From Anthoceros angustus (Eukaryota; Plantae; Anthocerotophyta): DNA of 64,000 nucleotides. The position numbers and the translations under genes were made by a program. Positions 24,801-38,938 of this stretch are shown here, piece after piece. The notes under the pieces are model-generated. The model had not been told where the DNA came from and did not search any database. It was given only the letters and a program-made list of their open reading frames with translations. Numbering within the stretch: position 1 is the stretch's first letter; each line of letters opens with the position of its first letter. The stretch is taken from positions 2,170,001 through 2,234,000 of the forward strand of contig MU008169.1 of assembly GCA_010909165.1 (NCBI GenBank), read 5' to 3'.

Positions 24801-27618
24801 ACAATTAACCCGAGGGTCATGGGTAACCGCCGAATGCTCCGGAAGGGGTCCGGCGGATTCTAACAGCAGTGGAGAAAGCCGGAGGAGGCGCCACGCAGCT
24901 TCACGCCGGAGGATTTGTTTAGGAATGGGGCATGAGAGAAGAGGAACCGGGAGCCAAGAAGGATTCGGGTTAGCACCGCACCGAGAGCGCGAGTGGGTAC
25001 AGATGAAGTCAAGGACGTTGAGGTTCTTCCAGGAAGGTGCTCAAATTCTCAACAATGGATGCGGCGTTGGAGGAAGGAATGAAGCAACCGCTGCGTAATT
25101 TATCGATGTTTTCGCCGAGGTAACGACATGAAGGGATCCCCAAAGAATGGGGCGAGCATAGGATTGACTGGAACCGTGAGCAATCCGAAGGATTCCACAA
25201 GACAAGTTAACCAAGTACTCCTCAAGGTAAAGGATCGCTTGGAGATGTACCTCAAGGCGGACGTGATCTATCCTATAGTCAATACCGAATGGGTGGCTCC
25301 AATAGTGGTAGTACCTAAGAGGCGCAGCAAATCCGAGTTTGTCGATCGGAGAAGGTTGAATAAGGTCACCAAGAAGGATCACTTTCTACCCTTCATCGAT
25401 AATATCCTCGGATCCGTCGCAGTGTAATGGCGATTCATTCCTAGACGGTACTGTATAATCACCGCACCTTAGGGAGAGCGATTGGCCTCGACCGCTTTTA
25501 CAACCGATCGGGGACATATGCTTACAAGCGCAGCAGGGTTGACGGAGCACCGGGTCCTTCATGCGAGCCATCGTCAAAATTTTCAAGGACTTCCTCGCGA
25601 CTTTATGGAAGTTTTCCGACGACCAGATTCGGCCGCCAAGGACCATCCGCACCTCCGGCGCTCGGAGCGCTGCCGAGCAACGCAATTATGCTCGCATCCG
25701 TAAAAGTGCTACTGCATGTCGAGGAATTCTGGGGCATCAATTTCAAGCCGAGGTATAGAAGTAGATCCGGACAAGGTAAAGGTCATCGCCACCCTTAGAG
25801 CATAACAACGCTAAAGGAACTCCGCGGTTCCCGGGATGGTGGGTATTATAGACGCTTGCTCCAAATTTCGCCAAGCGGCCGCCCCACTAACGAGCTTGTT
25901 AAGGAAGGATCGGAGTGGGAGTGGACGCAACGGAGGAAGCATTTCAGACTTACGCACCACACCCACGCTAAAAGGACCGGATCGAGTAAGAAGTTTGCTG
26001 ATGTTTCAGATTTGCAATTGGGTCAGCGCGGGATGAGAAGAAGAAGGATTTTCCGATCTACTATGCCGGAGACAACTAACGGACGCGAGCGAAAGTATAC
26101 CACCACGGAGCCAAGCAATCGGGAATGGTTTACTCGGTCGAAATTCGACACTACCTCCTCTCGTATGAATTTGTGTTCCATGTTGACCACTTTGCCTTGA
26201 AACACCTTGTGAATAAACCCGACCTTTCGGACGAGCAGCCGGATCTTGCCGCTGTGAGTTTACCTTCACAAAGGAAACGAGAGGGTAGGAAGCATATCAA
26301 TGCCGACTTCATATCTCGATTGAAAACAGGAAGGTGGAAAACCAGTGAAGACGACTTTCCCGATGAGACACTGTCAGGAGTTGCAAACCAACCAGTGAAG
26401 CCTTCGGAAGGAGGGAGCCATCGATTGAGAAGGGAGGGTGGCTTCAAGACCAACATATCGAGATATACGATTATCTTGGCACAGGCCAAATTCCTCCACA
26501 CTATCCAAGACACGATTCAAAGCGTTGTCCACTACTCCGCACCATCTACACGGCACAATATGAATTTATACCGAGTCATCCGGACGGAGCGGTTATGGCA
26601 CGCACCAAGTGTGAGCGGAGTCCCGAGCTCTTTACACGAAGAAGAGGCGGAGGTCATTATGCCGCATGTCACATGCGAAAATTTTGAGGCTATTGGTGGC
26701 CTACAATGTACAAGGATGCCGTGGAGTTCGTGAAGCGGACGCTTGCCAAAGGGTCGGCAAGCCAACAAAGAACAACCCAATGGCCCCTTGTCCCCATACT
26801 TGCACCGCACCATTCGAGAAATGGGGAATCGATTTTGTCGGTCCTATCCACCCAAAACCAAGGCTCGCCAAAACCAATACATCCCGTGGCCACAGACATC
26901 GACGCTGGATGGTAGAAGCATGCATCGCCGTAGATTCGGGCGCACGCCGAGCGATTCGCTCGAGCAAATCATCACCCGATATGGCTACCGGAGCTGGCCG
27001 ATGAGGAACACATTTCCAATCGTAATCTCCAACATGACCAACCACTTCAACGCCGCCATGTGAAGTCCACTTTATAACCCAAAAGCCAATGGGCCGGAAA
27101 AGGCAAATGGCTTGTTGTGCAAGATCCTAACCAAACTCACCGCCTATGCGTATGATCGATATGAAATCGCATTCAAGACGGCGACGGACCGCATGGAAAA
27201 GGTGACAACGCAGAAACCCCAGATTATCTTACTTACGGCATTCTCATGCCAATAGAATTCAAGTTCCCACCGAGAATACAGGAACCAAGTCGAATGCCGT
27301 GGAGGAAAGTCATTGGAAAGGTTGGTGGGTTTCAGACGACACACGGAGGACAGAGAACAAGCCCTCCAAGTTATGCGGATGTCCAAAGACAGGAGGAAGG
27401 AGTGGCACGACAAGAGATTGAAGGCCAAGAATACGTTGTTCCCGGGATCCGCTTTACTATACGATAACCGATACATGCACTTTCCGTAAATTACATCTCG
27501 ATGGATGGGGCCCTTCGTAGTTTCGAAGTTTTCGACAACGGATCAATTCAACTCAAGATTTTAGTGGCTCACCCTTGCCAACGCCAACGGTTGGCGGGTC
27601 AAGAAATATTACCAATAA
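21880..27618 (+). pseudogene. gag-pol: gag-pol of A1, heavily frameshifted
   Basis: Gag DEFVERFE (~22300). Zn knuckle LCYNCRNLGHY (~23330). Protease VPLDTG (~24350). RT EWVAPIVVVPK and LNKVTKKDH (~25290-25380). RH YEFVFHVDHFALKHLVNKPDL (~26160). INT FEKWGIDFVGPI (~26815). Stop after KKYYQ at 27616-27618. The start position is approximate. Confidence 0.9.
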
Positions 27619-27640
27619 GTTGGCGAGGACGCCAACAAAT

Positions 27641-27652
27641 GAGAAGGGAGTA
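27641..27652 (+). promoter_or_regulatory. PPT of A (GAGAAGGGAGTA)
   Basis: Purine tract immediately before TGTGGAAGACC. Confidence 0.85.
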
Positions 27653-30600
27653 TGTGGAAGACCACATGTGCACTAACCCTCTCAAGTGTCGTGGTGAACG
27701 ATTTTTTTTTTTGTGTTAGAATAGAGTGCTTTGAGAATCGTCGAGTCGTCTTTTATACGGAATGGTCCTTGGCCCTTGGAGATAATAATAATTTTTCGAC
27801 CCTTAGGTTTGACCCCGGAGGGTGGGGTAGAAATAGAGTCCTTGGGTATTGGGAATTTTAGAATAAAAGGTGTCTATATATGCTAGGGATGCTCACAATA
27901 TGCCACGCAGGTAGTCAAGTGGGTGGTGGCTAGTTCCACCACGGAGAAACGGACGCATGCACTGTGGGGAATTTACAACCCTAGTGGCGGAGCGGACTAC
28001 CACGGAGCGCAATCGGGAGAAGGGCACACCCAAAGATCATGAGGTCGCGACTTTCCGTGAGGGGCGCGAGCGAGTCAGCAGAAGAGGGGCGCGCACAGCA
28101 CCACGCCAGCCAAATCACCGCCTCAGCGGCAGAGGAAAAGGCGCACACGACGTGACAGGCGGCGCGGGCGGAGGAGAGAAATCGGGCGCCGGCAAGTTCG
28201 CGAGGAGGCGTGGAAGGAGCGCGAGGGCGGCTCGATTTTTTTTTTTCTCTTCCGACCGTGATCTGCAGGTAGTCGAGGTTTTGTTTTGGGAGACAACGAG
28301 AAGGAGATGGCGCCCGAGTCTCCCCACTCACGGGCCCAACATGGACCATCGGAAAGTGAGAGCCGGCACCGTGCGTGAGCCGGGTCAAGTTCATGGAGAA
28401 GAAATGGTGCTACACCGCATTGGTGCAAGAGTGCGCCCGCAATTAAGGACCAAGTCGCAAGAGGGTGACGCGAGGAAAAGGCCGCAGAACTGGATTTGGC
28501 CTCTTCGAGCAAAGGGCGAGAAGCATCGAGGATGGGAGCTTGGTGATTGACCCCAGAAGAAGACCTTGAAAGCCGCAGGCCGCTCCATGAAGCCTGGGAA
28601 GTGAGAGTGAACAATGGTCGGGTGACTCGCCAACTCGTGTTCATAAATGGTGGGGATTGGCCAAATGGATTTTGTGTTTCCTGAAGCCGGATCATATGGC
28701 GGATCACTTCTTGGTTTTTCTTCACGAGGTGGTCAAGGGTACACAAATTGATTGGGGAGGATGATTTTCGAAAGAGCCTGAGGAGAAGGCGAATTATTTC
28801 TTCCTCGGCCCTCCTTGATTTCGCCTTTTCCGATTCATGTATTTGCGCATTCCGGTGTTTAACGAGTTGAAGTCGTGTCCCCGCATGGTTGGAAGCCGTG
28901 AACTCAAGGTAGAAGAGGAGGAATTGAAGGAGGATTCGGGCAAGGATTCCAAGCTGGGAGTGCGCTCGGAAGGTTCTAAGAGGGTGGGGAAGTTTCCAAG
29001 GGTAAGAAGCGAAGGCGAACGGTCGAACGGGATCGAAGAAGGAGGCAGCCAGCAGAGGAGGAACCCACAGCCACACCTGTGGTCACTGTGTCAAGACAGA
29101 ACGCGGGTAAAGGAGGAGAAAGTAAAGGGAAATGGCAAGTTGCTCCCTGTGCAGGGGATGAATCGCCGCTAGGGAGAATGAAGCGGGAAGAGGCAAGGCA
29201 CCAACCCCTAGGAGAGGAGGGGTTAACTTCAGCCGAGACCGCAACGGAGCTCCGGACATTTTGGCGACATTTCACCGAACCGTCCCCGAGGTGGGGATAG
29301 AGACACCGCCGACACGAATTGTTGTGGAGGCGGATGGGCAAGGGACAGCCCAATTTGGGGATTTGCGGTGGTTTGACTTGCCATGGCGTGACGCAGCGGA
29401 TCTCCTCGATCAAGCCCATGGCTCTCACTTGGCCGAGTGTGCAAGGCCAGGAGAAGTTGCTCAAGGAGAAGTTGGAGCCGAAGGCGAGAGCAAGGCGGCC
29501 GAGGAGCGCAGACGGAGTGCGGCCTTATGCAAGGCACAGGAGCAAGGCACATGTCCACTCGCAGAAGCTTTAGTAAATCAGTCAAGGGGCGATGCTACAA
29601 TTGAAGAGCTGGATGAGGTCTCGCGAGTCCAGGTGTGGAAGCGATGGCGCCTTGGAGAAATTCAAGAAATCATGAGAGGTACAAGCGGAAGAGACGCTAG
29701 GGCCGAGTCAAGAGAGAGGTGGCCAAACCAAGAAAGGCCGAGCAACCACCGCAGGAGCCAAACAACCACCGTGGAAGTAACCACCACGGTGGCTAAACCA
29801 GCCACCGCCGTGGAACGGGAACCGAGGTGGGGAAGTCACCGGAGTGTCGCAGATGGAGGATGATCCGGAGAATCAACAGCACCGCCTGTGATTGTCCACG
29901 GAGGAGAGGGTAAGGACCTCGAAGGGCGATTGTGCACGGCGTCCGGATGAGGATGCTCATGTCCGGCCGCCGCATGGTGAGCGTGCTCACCTAAACGTGT
30001 ATGTGGTTGTTGGGACAGGAGGGGCGTAAACCACCGGTCAGACATCTTGACCGCCACAGGCTACTGGTTCCTTCGAGTAGGAGCGGGCGCCTATCCTCCG
30101 CAAGTGGTGCCGGAAGAGATGAGCGAGGCGCAGAGCATGGAGGGAGGAGCACACGTATGGTTGTCCAAATGAGGAGGAGGACAATGGACATAGAGGTCAC
30201 AGGCGCAACGTCCGGGAAGGCGCGAGGGAAATTCAGCAAAGGAGAGCGAGGTGGAGGTTGTGGGGAAAATCGCCGGATCGAGGCGAGGTCAAGAGCGAGA
30301 GGGGTCCCCATGGGCCGAGGCGAGGCAAAGAATCGCGAGGCGGCAGCGCTGATTTTAGGGAGTCGCGATAGCCTAGGACCGGGTTTTTCGCGAGGATAGG
30401 GAGTTCCATCACCGTAGAGTTGTTGCTTAGATTGGTAAGGCGCCGTGGTAGGAGCTACAATTTTAGACACTAAAGAGAAGTGAGTGTTGGACCACCGATG
30501 TATAAGAGACCCTTTGGGTGTCTCTCAAGGCGACGATTTCGTGTGAACTTCCGTATCGAACCGCCGAGGGGTTGATTGGAGACGTCAAGATCAAACGGGT

Positions 30601-32292
30601 CACGCCTCCGGTCACAAGAAGGCCGGAAGATCTCGGATGGTCGAGAGCGGAGTGGCCAAGCTCCACGCCTGGGTAAGGAGAAGGCCGGAAGAGATGAGCG
30701 AGGCGCAGCGAGCATGGAGGGAGGAGCACAGATGGTTGTCCAAATGAGGAGGAGGGACAATGGACATAGAGGACAAAGGCAACGCCCGCTGGAAGGCGCG
30801 AGGGAAACGTGCAGGAGAGCGAGGTGGAGGTTGTGGGGAAAATCGCTCGGATCGAGGCGAGGTCAAGAGCGAGAGGGGTCCCCATGGGCCGAGGCGAGGC
30901 AAAGAATCGCGAGGCGGCAGTACTGATTTTAGGGAGTCGCGATAGCCTAGGACCGGGTTTTTCGTAGAGGATAGGGAGTTCCATCACCGAGAGCCGTGTT
31001 GCTTAGATTGGTAAGGGGCGCCGTGGTAGGAGCTACAATTTTAGACACTAAAGAGAAGTGAGCCGTGTTGGACCACCAGATGTATAAGAGACCCTTTGGG
31101 TGTCTCTCAAAGGCATTTATTTCGTGTGAACTTCCGTATCGAACCGAGTTGATTGAGACGCGTCCGTCAAGATCAAACGGTTCGCGCACCGCCTTCGTCA
31201 CAAGAAGGCCGGAAGATCTCGGATGGTCGAGAGCGGAGTGGCCAAGCTCCACGCTGGGTAATCAAGGCAGCTCTTTAAAAGAGGTGTGTTCATTCCATGA
31301 GGGAGGGGTCTGTGGCCCAAGGAGGGGTCTGTGGCCCAAGGAGGGGTCTGTGGCCCGGAGAGAGGGGTCCCCATGGGCCGAGGCGAGGCAAAGAATCGCG
31401 AGGCGGCAGCGCTGATTTTAGGGAGTCGCGATAGCCTAGGACCGGGTTTTTCGTAGAGGATAGGGAGTTCCATCACCAGAGCTGTTTAGATTGGTAAGGG
31501 GCGCCGTGGTAGGAGCTACAATTTTAGACACTAAAGAGAAGTGAGTCGGTTGGACCACCGATGTATAAGAGACCCTTTGGGTGTCTCTCGTGGCATTTCG
31601 TGTGTGAACTTCCGTATCGAACCGCCGAGGGTTGATTGAGACGCGTCCGTCAAGATCAAACGGGGCGACCGCCTTCGTCACAAGAAGGCCGGAAGATCTC
31701 GGATGGTCGAGAGCGGAGTGGCCAAGCTCCACGCCCGGTAACGGAAGGCAAAAAAGAGGTAGGATTCCATGAGGAGGGGTCTGTGGCCCAAGGAGGGGTC
31801 TGTGGCCCAAGGAGGGGTCCGTGGTGGGTCTGTGGCCCAAGGAGGGGTCTGTGGCCCGTGAGACGAGAGAGAGTTCATTGGGAAGGGAAAGGTTCTGAGG
31901 AGTAAAAGCGCCGAGGGATTGTGAGAGCGAGAGGAAAATCTAAACGCGAGGGAGTGAAGCGTGGTAGGATCGCAAATTCCTGAAGTAAGGTGCGATATAG
32001 GTGTCCGACCATCCCTAGGTCCGTGTTAGAGAAGCCGTGATTTTAGACTCCGCGAAGGCGGCGCGCCAGGTGAGGGGCGCCACTGGCCGAACCGCCACCG
32101 CGGTGAGTCTACCACGGTGGTGGGTTTGGGCAAGGTAGCCGGAGAAGGTGGGGTAGCGAGCGGTAGGTCTAGAATCCATAGATTTAGCACACCTTGACAC
32201 AACACCATTCCTTGGGATCGAATCCTAGGACTATAACGACATAGAGGGTAAATGTGGCCTCTTGCGCCTTCGGATGCAAAACCCATTCCACA
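27653..32292 (+). repeat. LTR A2 (~4.6 kb), shared middle LTR
   Basis: TGTGG...CCACA ends, preceded by a PPT and followed by a PBS (32293-32309). Confidence 0.9.
28360..29130 (+). pseudogene. Accessory ORF inside LTR A2 (copy of 18470-19270)
   Basis: MEKKWCYTALVQECARN at ~28392 and VFLHEVVKGTQIDWG at ~28714. Confidence 0.55.
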
Positions 32293-32379
32293 TTTTGGCT
32301 GTTGGGAATGAAATCAAGGTTATAGGGGACTAACCATAGCTTAGGTGTCTAGTTTTGGAGTGTATCTAGTTAGGTAGAT

Positions 32380-35300
32380 GGATGCCACGGTTGAGTCGAG
32401 GGTTCGAGTCAAGTCGGACGAAGGCCACACGAGAAGCGACAACGCCAAGCACGGAAAGGTTAAAAGGGTTGCAAACCGCGAGTTGAGGAGGATCCAGAAG
32501 ACGCACGCTGGAAGGAGAAGGAGGTAAGGAAGCAACCAGGGACGGGGTCCGATCTTGTTGGAGCAAGATCCCCAACCGACTTGGACGAGGTACCACCGCC
32601 AAGGAACCTCGGACCAATTCCATCCACGACCTCTTCCAAAAGTGTGCATCGCTGGAGATCAATCGACTCGCAGGAACCGTTGTTGGACCAACCACTACCG
32701 AATCAAGAACGATAGTCATGACCACCACCACGCCGGTGGTGGTCACCACCAAGCAACCTTACCCTGTATGGAGAGGGAAGGGTATGAAGACCCGATGAAT
32801 TTGTTGAGCGTTTTGAGCAATGACATTTGCAAACCAGAAGCGGAGATGCAGCCAGATTCATTGTTCTATGGAGTTCTTCGGGGTCCAGCGAATACCTCAA
32901 GTCGCCCACACCTCCAAAGAACCTATGAAGAATTAAAACCGCCTGTGAAAGGTTCAGGGAATGAGGGATACGTGTTGTCCAAGCTTGAAAAGCTGCAGAG
33001 AGGAAAGAAGGAAACCTTGCAGCGTATGTGGAGAGGTTTCATGCCACGCGATCAAGTGGCCTCACTGAGTTGCAACGGTGGTTCGCTAAAGGTGGTTCTA
33101 AGATGGGGAGACACGAAGGTTACAAGCGGAGAAGAATTTGGGCAAGGCTATCACAAGGCGCTAAACTATGAGGAATCCAACCCGCAAGGGAGGAGGAAGG
33201 CTAAGAAGGAGAAGAAGCCGTGATCGAAAAAGAAGGGATTCTCATCCTCCTCGAAGGAAAGTTCATCGGTGAAGAAAGCTCCACAAGATTCCATGAAAGT
33301 TCCTGGAGGAGGAAACGAGTGACAGCTGAGGAAGGCCATCGATGAGGAGCGCCAAATGGAAAAAGAAAATGAAGGGTCGCACGGACAACAAGGAGTCGGC
33401 AAGGGCAAAACAGAGGCGATGTACGCAAAAAAGGACGCGAACAAGGAGAGGAGGCCGAGGCAAGAAAGTAGAACAACAGGGAACAAGATGGAGGAGATGA
33501 TGGCAAAATTCGAGAAATTCCATCTTAATGCGGTCAAGGAACATGAGAGGCGGAGAGTCACACGAACCCACGAGCCAACCTCTGCTCAACGTGGGCAGCA
33601 GGACACTCCAAAGCTAATTGTCCGACGACAAGGGTACACCTGGGATATGAGGAAGAGGAGGAAGAGGGTCCGGTGGAAGATACATACCGATCCGTGGAGG
33701 TTCACCAACCCAAGTGTACCCAAAAGACCATGTACCCGCCAACCTACGAATTCCACGGGGTAGGCGTCAGAATCAAGGCGGGTAACAATCCAATGGGCAC
33801 CGTCTTGTGCTATAATTGTCGCAACCTTGACACTATGCGCATTGCCTTATCCAACTCGTCAAGGCAATGGAGATTTTGATAAACTATGTCAAGATTGAAG
33901 CAGGGCATTTGGCGGTGAAGTGTGCTCGCCAAAGCCCCAGAAGACGGTGAGGATCGCAGCCACCCGAACGGAGTTCACACCCAAAACCCAAGTCCGGTCC
34001 GCCATGCATGTTGAGGATGCTTATGGCGGTATGGGAGGATGCCGAGATTGGAACCCCGAGGAGCTTGAGGGATTAGACGCAGAGGAAGCGATTATTATGG
34101 GGAAGCCTCCGCCATGGTCATAGAACAAGGAGCACAAAAGCAAAAGAGAGGCGACGTGGGGAAAAAGAAGAAAGGAGGCGGATACGACCACGGATCGATG
34201 AGGGAGAGAGTGTCGCCACCACTGGGGCGGAAATACCAACACCGGAACGCTACGAGAAAAAAACAAGTCCCGCAGTGACTTGGCGGATGGACCATATGTG
34301 CAAAAGAGTGATGCAATTGAGACATTGAGTGTTCCAGCGGAAAAGGTGAATGAAGGGGTCACGAGAAGCCGTCAAGGGGTGGAACCCACCGATTTCGAGA
34401 AGTTACAACTGAGTTAGGGTTTCCACCGGACGACGGAAGTCATGGATATGATACAAGAAGAATTGGCAAGGGAGGCTACGGGAAAAGGCGGGGTGTCGAT
34501 TTCCACCACCCTGTGGGAGTCCACCACCCCACCGAAGGGCCACCGTACTCAAGTCATGACGAACCGGGAACCCACACCAACCAAATCCGGATGGTAGAGG
34601 TCTGCCACCGCTTTTTCAATCTCGCCGAGGCCATCATGGACCAACATTTCATGATCACATTCGGACAACCTCCGAGACAATCCGCGTATAGGCAATGATC
34701 GAGGGCGAAAAGAGGCGCAACCCAAAAGAGGCGCAATGTTCCTATACCACCCGCGCGTGAACTTGGTATCCATGGTGGATCAAGGCCCACCAACTCTGTG
34801 GAAATTTTGGGATGTGTCATCAAAGGAGTGCCTCGACACGGGTCGGTGTAAATATTATGACAAGACACGGCTAGGAAATTGGGCTTGGATATTGAACATA
34901 CTACCAAGGTTTTGAGCCGACATGTCCGTAATGGTGCGGTGGGGAACGACAGGGTGCTAACGACCATTGGAACCATCCCCTACTTGATGGATTATGTAGT
35001 CATCCAAAGAAAATCGCTGTGGCACGTCCTAATTGGCAAGGGAGGCTACGGGGGAAAAGGCGGGGGTGTCGATTTCCACCACCCCAGGGGAGTCCACCAC
35101 CCCACCTGGAAGGGCCACCGTACCCCAAGTCATGACGAACCGGGAACCCACAGCCAACCAAATCCTGGATGGCAGAAGGCTGCGGGCCACCGCTTCTTTC
35201 AATCTCGCCGAGGCCATCATGGACCAACATTTCATGATCACATTCGGACAACTCCTCCGAGACAATCCGCGGTATAGGCAACTGATCAGGAGGGCGTTAA

Positions 35301-38300
35301 AAGAGGCGCAACCCAAAAGAGGCGCAATGTTCCTATACCCCCAGCTCGCGTGAACTTGGTATCCATGGTGGATCAAGGCCCACCAACTGTGGAAATTTCG
35401 GGATGTGTCATCAAAGGAGTGCCTCTCGACACTCTGTAAATATTATGACAAGACACGGCTAGGAAATTGGGCTTGGATATTGAACATACTACCAAGGTTT
35501 TGCGGCTAGCCGACATGTCCGTAATGGTGCGGTGGGGAACCGAGGTGCTAACGACCATTGGAACCATCCCCTACTTGATGGATTATGTAGTCATCCAAAG
35601 AAAATCGCAGTGACGTCCTAATTGGCCGAACATGGATGTACGATCGCAATGCACGCCAAGTGGGGCAGAAGGAAGTCGGTTTTAAACCGCTGGAATGGGA
35701 TCCCAAGACCAAGGAGGGAAGGATGTGCCTATCGTGGAGTAAGGACATGTATGCGTGAAACTCCAACCGAAGGGCCACCGCATTTCAAGTCATGACGAAC
35801 CGGGAACCCACCAACCAAATCCGGATGGTAGAGGTCAGGCCACCGCTTTTTCAATCTCGCCGAGGCCATCATGGACCAACATTTCATGATCACATTCGGA
35901 CAACTCCTCCGAGACAATCCGCGTATAGGCAATGATCGAGGGCGTTAAAAGAGGCGCAACCCAAAAGAGGCGCAATGTTCCTATACCAGTCATGTGAACT
36001 TGGTATCCATGGTGGATCAAGGCCCACCAACTCTGTGGAAATTTCGGGATGTGTCATTAAAGGAGTGCCTCTCGACACGGGTAAATATTATGACAAGACA
36101 CGGCTAGGAAATTGGGCTTGGATATTGAACATACTACCAAGGTTTTGGTTAGAATACATGTCCGTAATGGTGCCGGTGGGGAACCGACAGGTGGTGCTAA
36201 CGACCATTGGAACCATCCCCTACTTGATGGATTATGTAGTCATCCAAAGAAAATCGCCAGTGTACGACGCCCCTAATTGGCCGAACAACATGGATGTACG
36301 CGAATGCACGCCAAGTGGGAAGGAAGTTTTTAAACCGCTGGAATGGGATCCCAAGACCAAGGAGGGGATGTGCCTATCGTGGAGTAAGGACATGTATGCG
36401 TGAAACTCCAATCAAATGTAGGTACACCTCGGCAGAGGACACGTCCGGGAGATGGAAGAGGAAGATAGGTTCCGTCACACATCTCATGGTCCGATGAGGA
36501 GCGGGACTACCGCAGATATCCCATATACAATTAACCCAAGAGGTCGTTACGGGTAATCAATGCTCCGCGGAAGGGGTCCGCGGATTCTAACAGCAGTGGA
36601 GAAAGCCGGAGGAGGCGCCACGCAGCTTCACGTCGGAGGATTTGTTTAGGAATGGGGCATGAGAGAAGAGGAACCGGGAGCCGAAGAAGGATTCGGGGTT
36701 AGCACCGCACTCAGAGCGCGAGTGGGTACAGCCGATGAAGTCAAGGACGTTGAGGTTCTTCCGAAGGTGCTCAAATTCTCGAACAATGGATGCGGCGTTG
36801 GAGGAAGGAAGCAACCGCTGCGAATTATCGATGTTTTCGCCTAATGTACATGAAGGGATCCCCAAAAGAATGGGGCAGCAGGATTGACTTGGAACCGTGA
36901 GCAATCCAAGGATTCCACAAGACAAGTTAACCAAGTACTCCTCAAGGTAAAGGATCGCTTGGAGATGTACCTCAAGGCGGACGTGATCTATCCTATAGTC
37001 AATACCGAATGGGTGGCTCCAATAGTGGTAGTACCTAAGAGGCGCTGTGCAAAATCCGAGTTTGTCGATTGGAGAAGGTTGAATAAGGTCACCAAGAAGG
37101 ATCACTGCTACCCTTCATCGATAATATCCTCGGATCCGTCGCAGTAATGGCGTATTCATTCCTAGACGGGTACTGGTATAATCACCGCACCTTAGGGAGA
37201 GCGATTGGCCTCGACCGCTTTTACAACCGATCGGGGACATATGCTTACAAGCGCAGACGGTTGACGGAGCACCGGGTCCTTCATGCGAGCCATCACAAAA
37301 TTTTCAAAGACTTCCTTCGCGACTTTATGGAAGTTTTCCGACGACGCGATTCGGGCCGCTGGCGACCATCCGTCGCACCGAAGTGCTCGGAGCGCCGAGC
37401 AACGCAATTATGCCCGCATCCGCAAAAGTGCTACGGCATGTCGAGGAATTCGCTAGCATCAATTTCAAGCCGAGGTATAGAAGTAGATCCGGACAAGGTA
37501 AAGGTCATCGCCACCCTTAGAGCACCAATAACGCTAAAGGAACTCCGCGGTTCCCGGGATGGTCGTATTATAGACGCTTGCTCCAAATTTCGCCAAGCGG
37601 CTGCCCCACTAACGAGCTTGTTAAGGAAGGATCGAGTGGAGTGGACGACGAACGGAGGAAGCATTTCGTGACTTACGCACCACATCGCTACTCCCACGCT
37701 AAAAGGACCGGATCGGAGTAAGAAGTTCCACGCTGCTGATGTTTCAAAGCATTTGCAACCGTCTTAGCCACGGATGAGAAGAAGAAGGATTTTCCGATCT
37801 ACTATGCCGAGACAACTAACGGACGCGAGCGAAAGTATACCACCACGGAGCGCCAAGCACCGGAATGGTTTACTCGGTCAGACACTACCTCTCGTATGAA
37901 TTTGTGTTCCATGTTGACCACTTTGCCTTGAAACACCTTGTGAATAAACTCGACCTTTCGGGACGATAGCACTGGATCTTGCCGCTGTGAGTTTACCTTC
38001 ACAGGGAAACGAGAGAGGGTGAAGCATATCAATGCCGACTTCATATCTCGATTGAAAGGGAAAGGTGGAAACGAGAAGACGACTTTCCCGATGAGACTGC
38101 CGCAGGAGTTGCAAACCAACCAAGTGAAGCCTGGAAGGAGGAGCCAAGATCGATTGAGAAGGGAGGGTGGCTTCGGAAGACCAACATATCAGGAGATATA
38201 CGATTATCTTGGCACAGGCCAAATTCCTCCACAGCTATCCAAGACACAGATTCAAGCGTTTGTCCACTACTCCAGACCATTCACACGGCACAACATGAAT

Positions 38301-38938
38301 TTATACCGAGTCAGTCCCGACGGCAGGGAGCGGTTATGGGTACGTACCAAGCAGGTGAGCGGAGTCCTGAGCTCTTTACACGAAGAAGAGGCGGGAGGTC
38401 ATTATGCCGCCCATGTCACATGCGGAAAATTTTGAGGTCGGCTATTGGTGGCCTACAATGTACAAGGATGCTGTGGAGTTCGTGAAGCGTGACGCTTGCC
38501 AAAGGGTCGGCAAGCCAACAAGAACAACCCAATGGCCCCTTGTCCCCATACTTGCACTGGCACCATTCGAGAAATGGGGAATCGATTTTGTCGGTCCTAT
38601 CCAGCCCAAAACCAAGGCTCGCCAAAACCAATACATCCTGGTGGCCACAGATTACTGTACGCGGATGGTAGAAGCACAGGCACTGCCGGTAGATTCGGCG
38701 CACGTCGTAGCCAGATTCCTGTTCGAGCAAATCATCACCCGATATGGCTGCCCGCTGGAGCTGGTCAGTGACAGAGGAACACATTTCGTCAATCAGGTAA
38801 TCTCCAACATGACCAGCCACTTCAACGTCGCTCACAGGAAGTCCACGCCTTATAACCCAAAAGCCAATGGGCTGACGGAAAAGGCAAATGGCTTGTTGTG
38901 CAAGATCCTAACCAAACTCACTGCCGCCTATGCGCTTT
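32380..38938 (+). pseudogene. gag-pol: gag-pol of A2, frameshifted, protease region triplicated, truncated in integrase
   Basis: Collinear with A1. The pre-protease/protease block occurs at ~34460, ~35031 and ~35766. RT spans ~36950-37620. Confidence 0.88.

Noticed and set aside
27480-27618. Chromodomain at the integrase C-terminus
   Set aside because: The ORF ends shortly after the GPF motif at KKYYQ and the PPT follows. The same is true of family B.
28123-29076. Longest ORF in the window (317 aa, minus strand) as an antisense gene
   Set aside because: It is not open in LTR A1, and it overlaps the plus-strand fragments that are conserved with family B. It is probably a shadow ORF.
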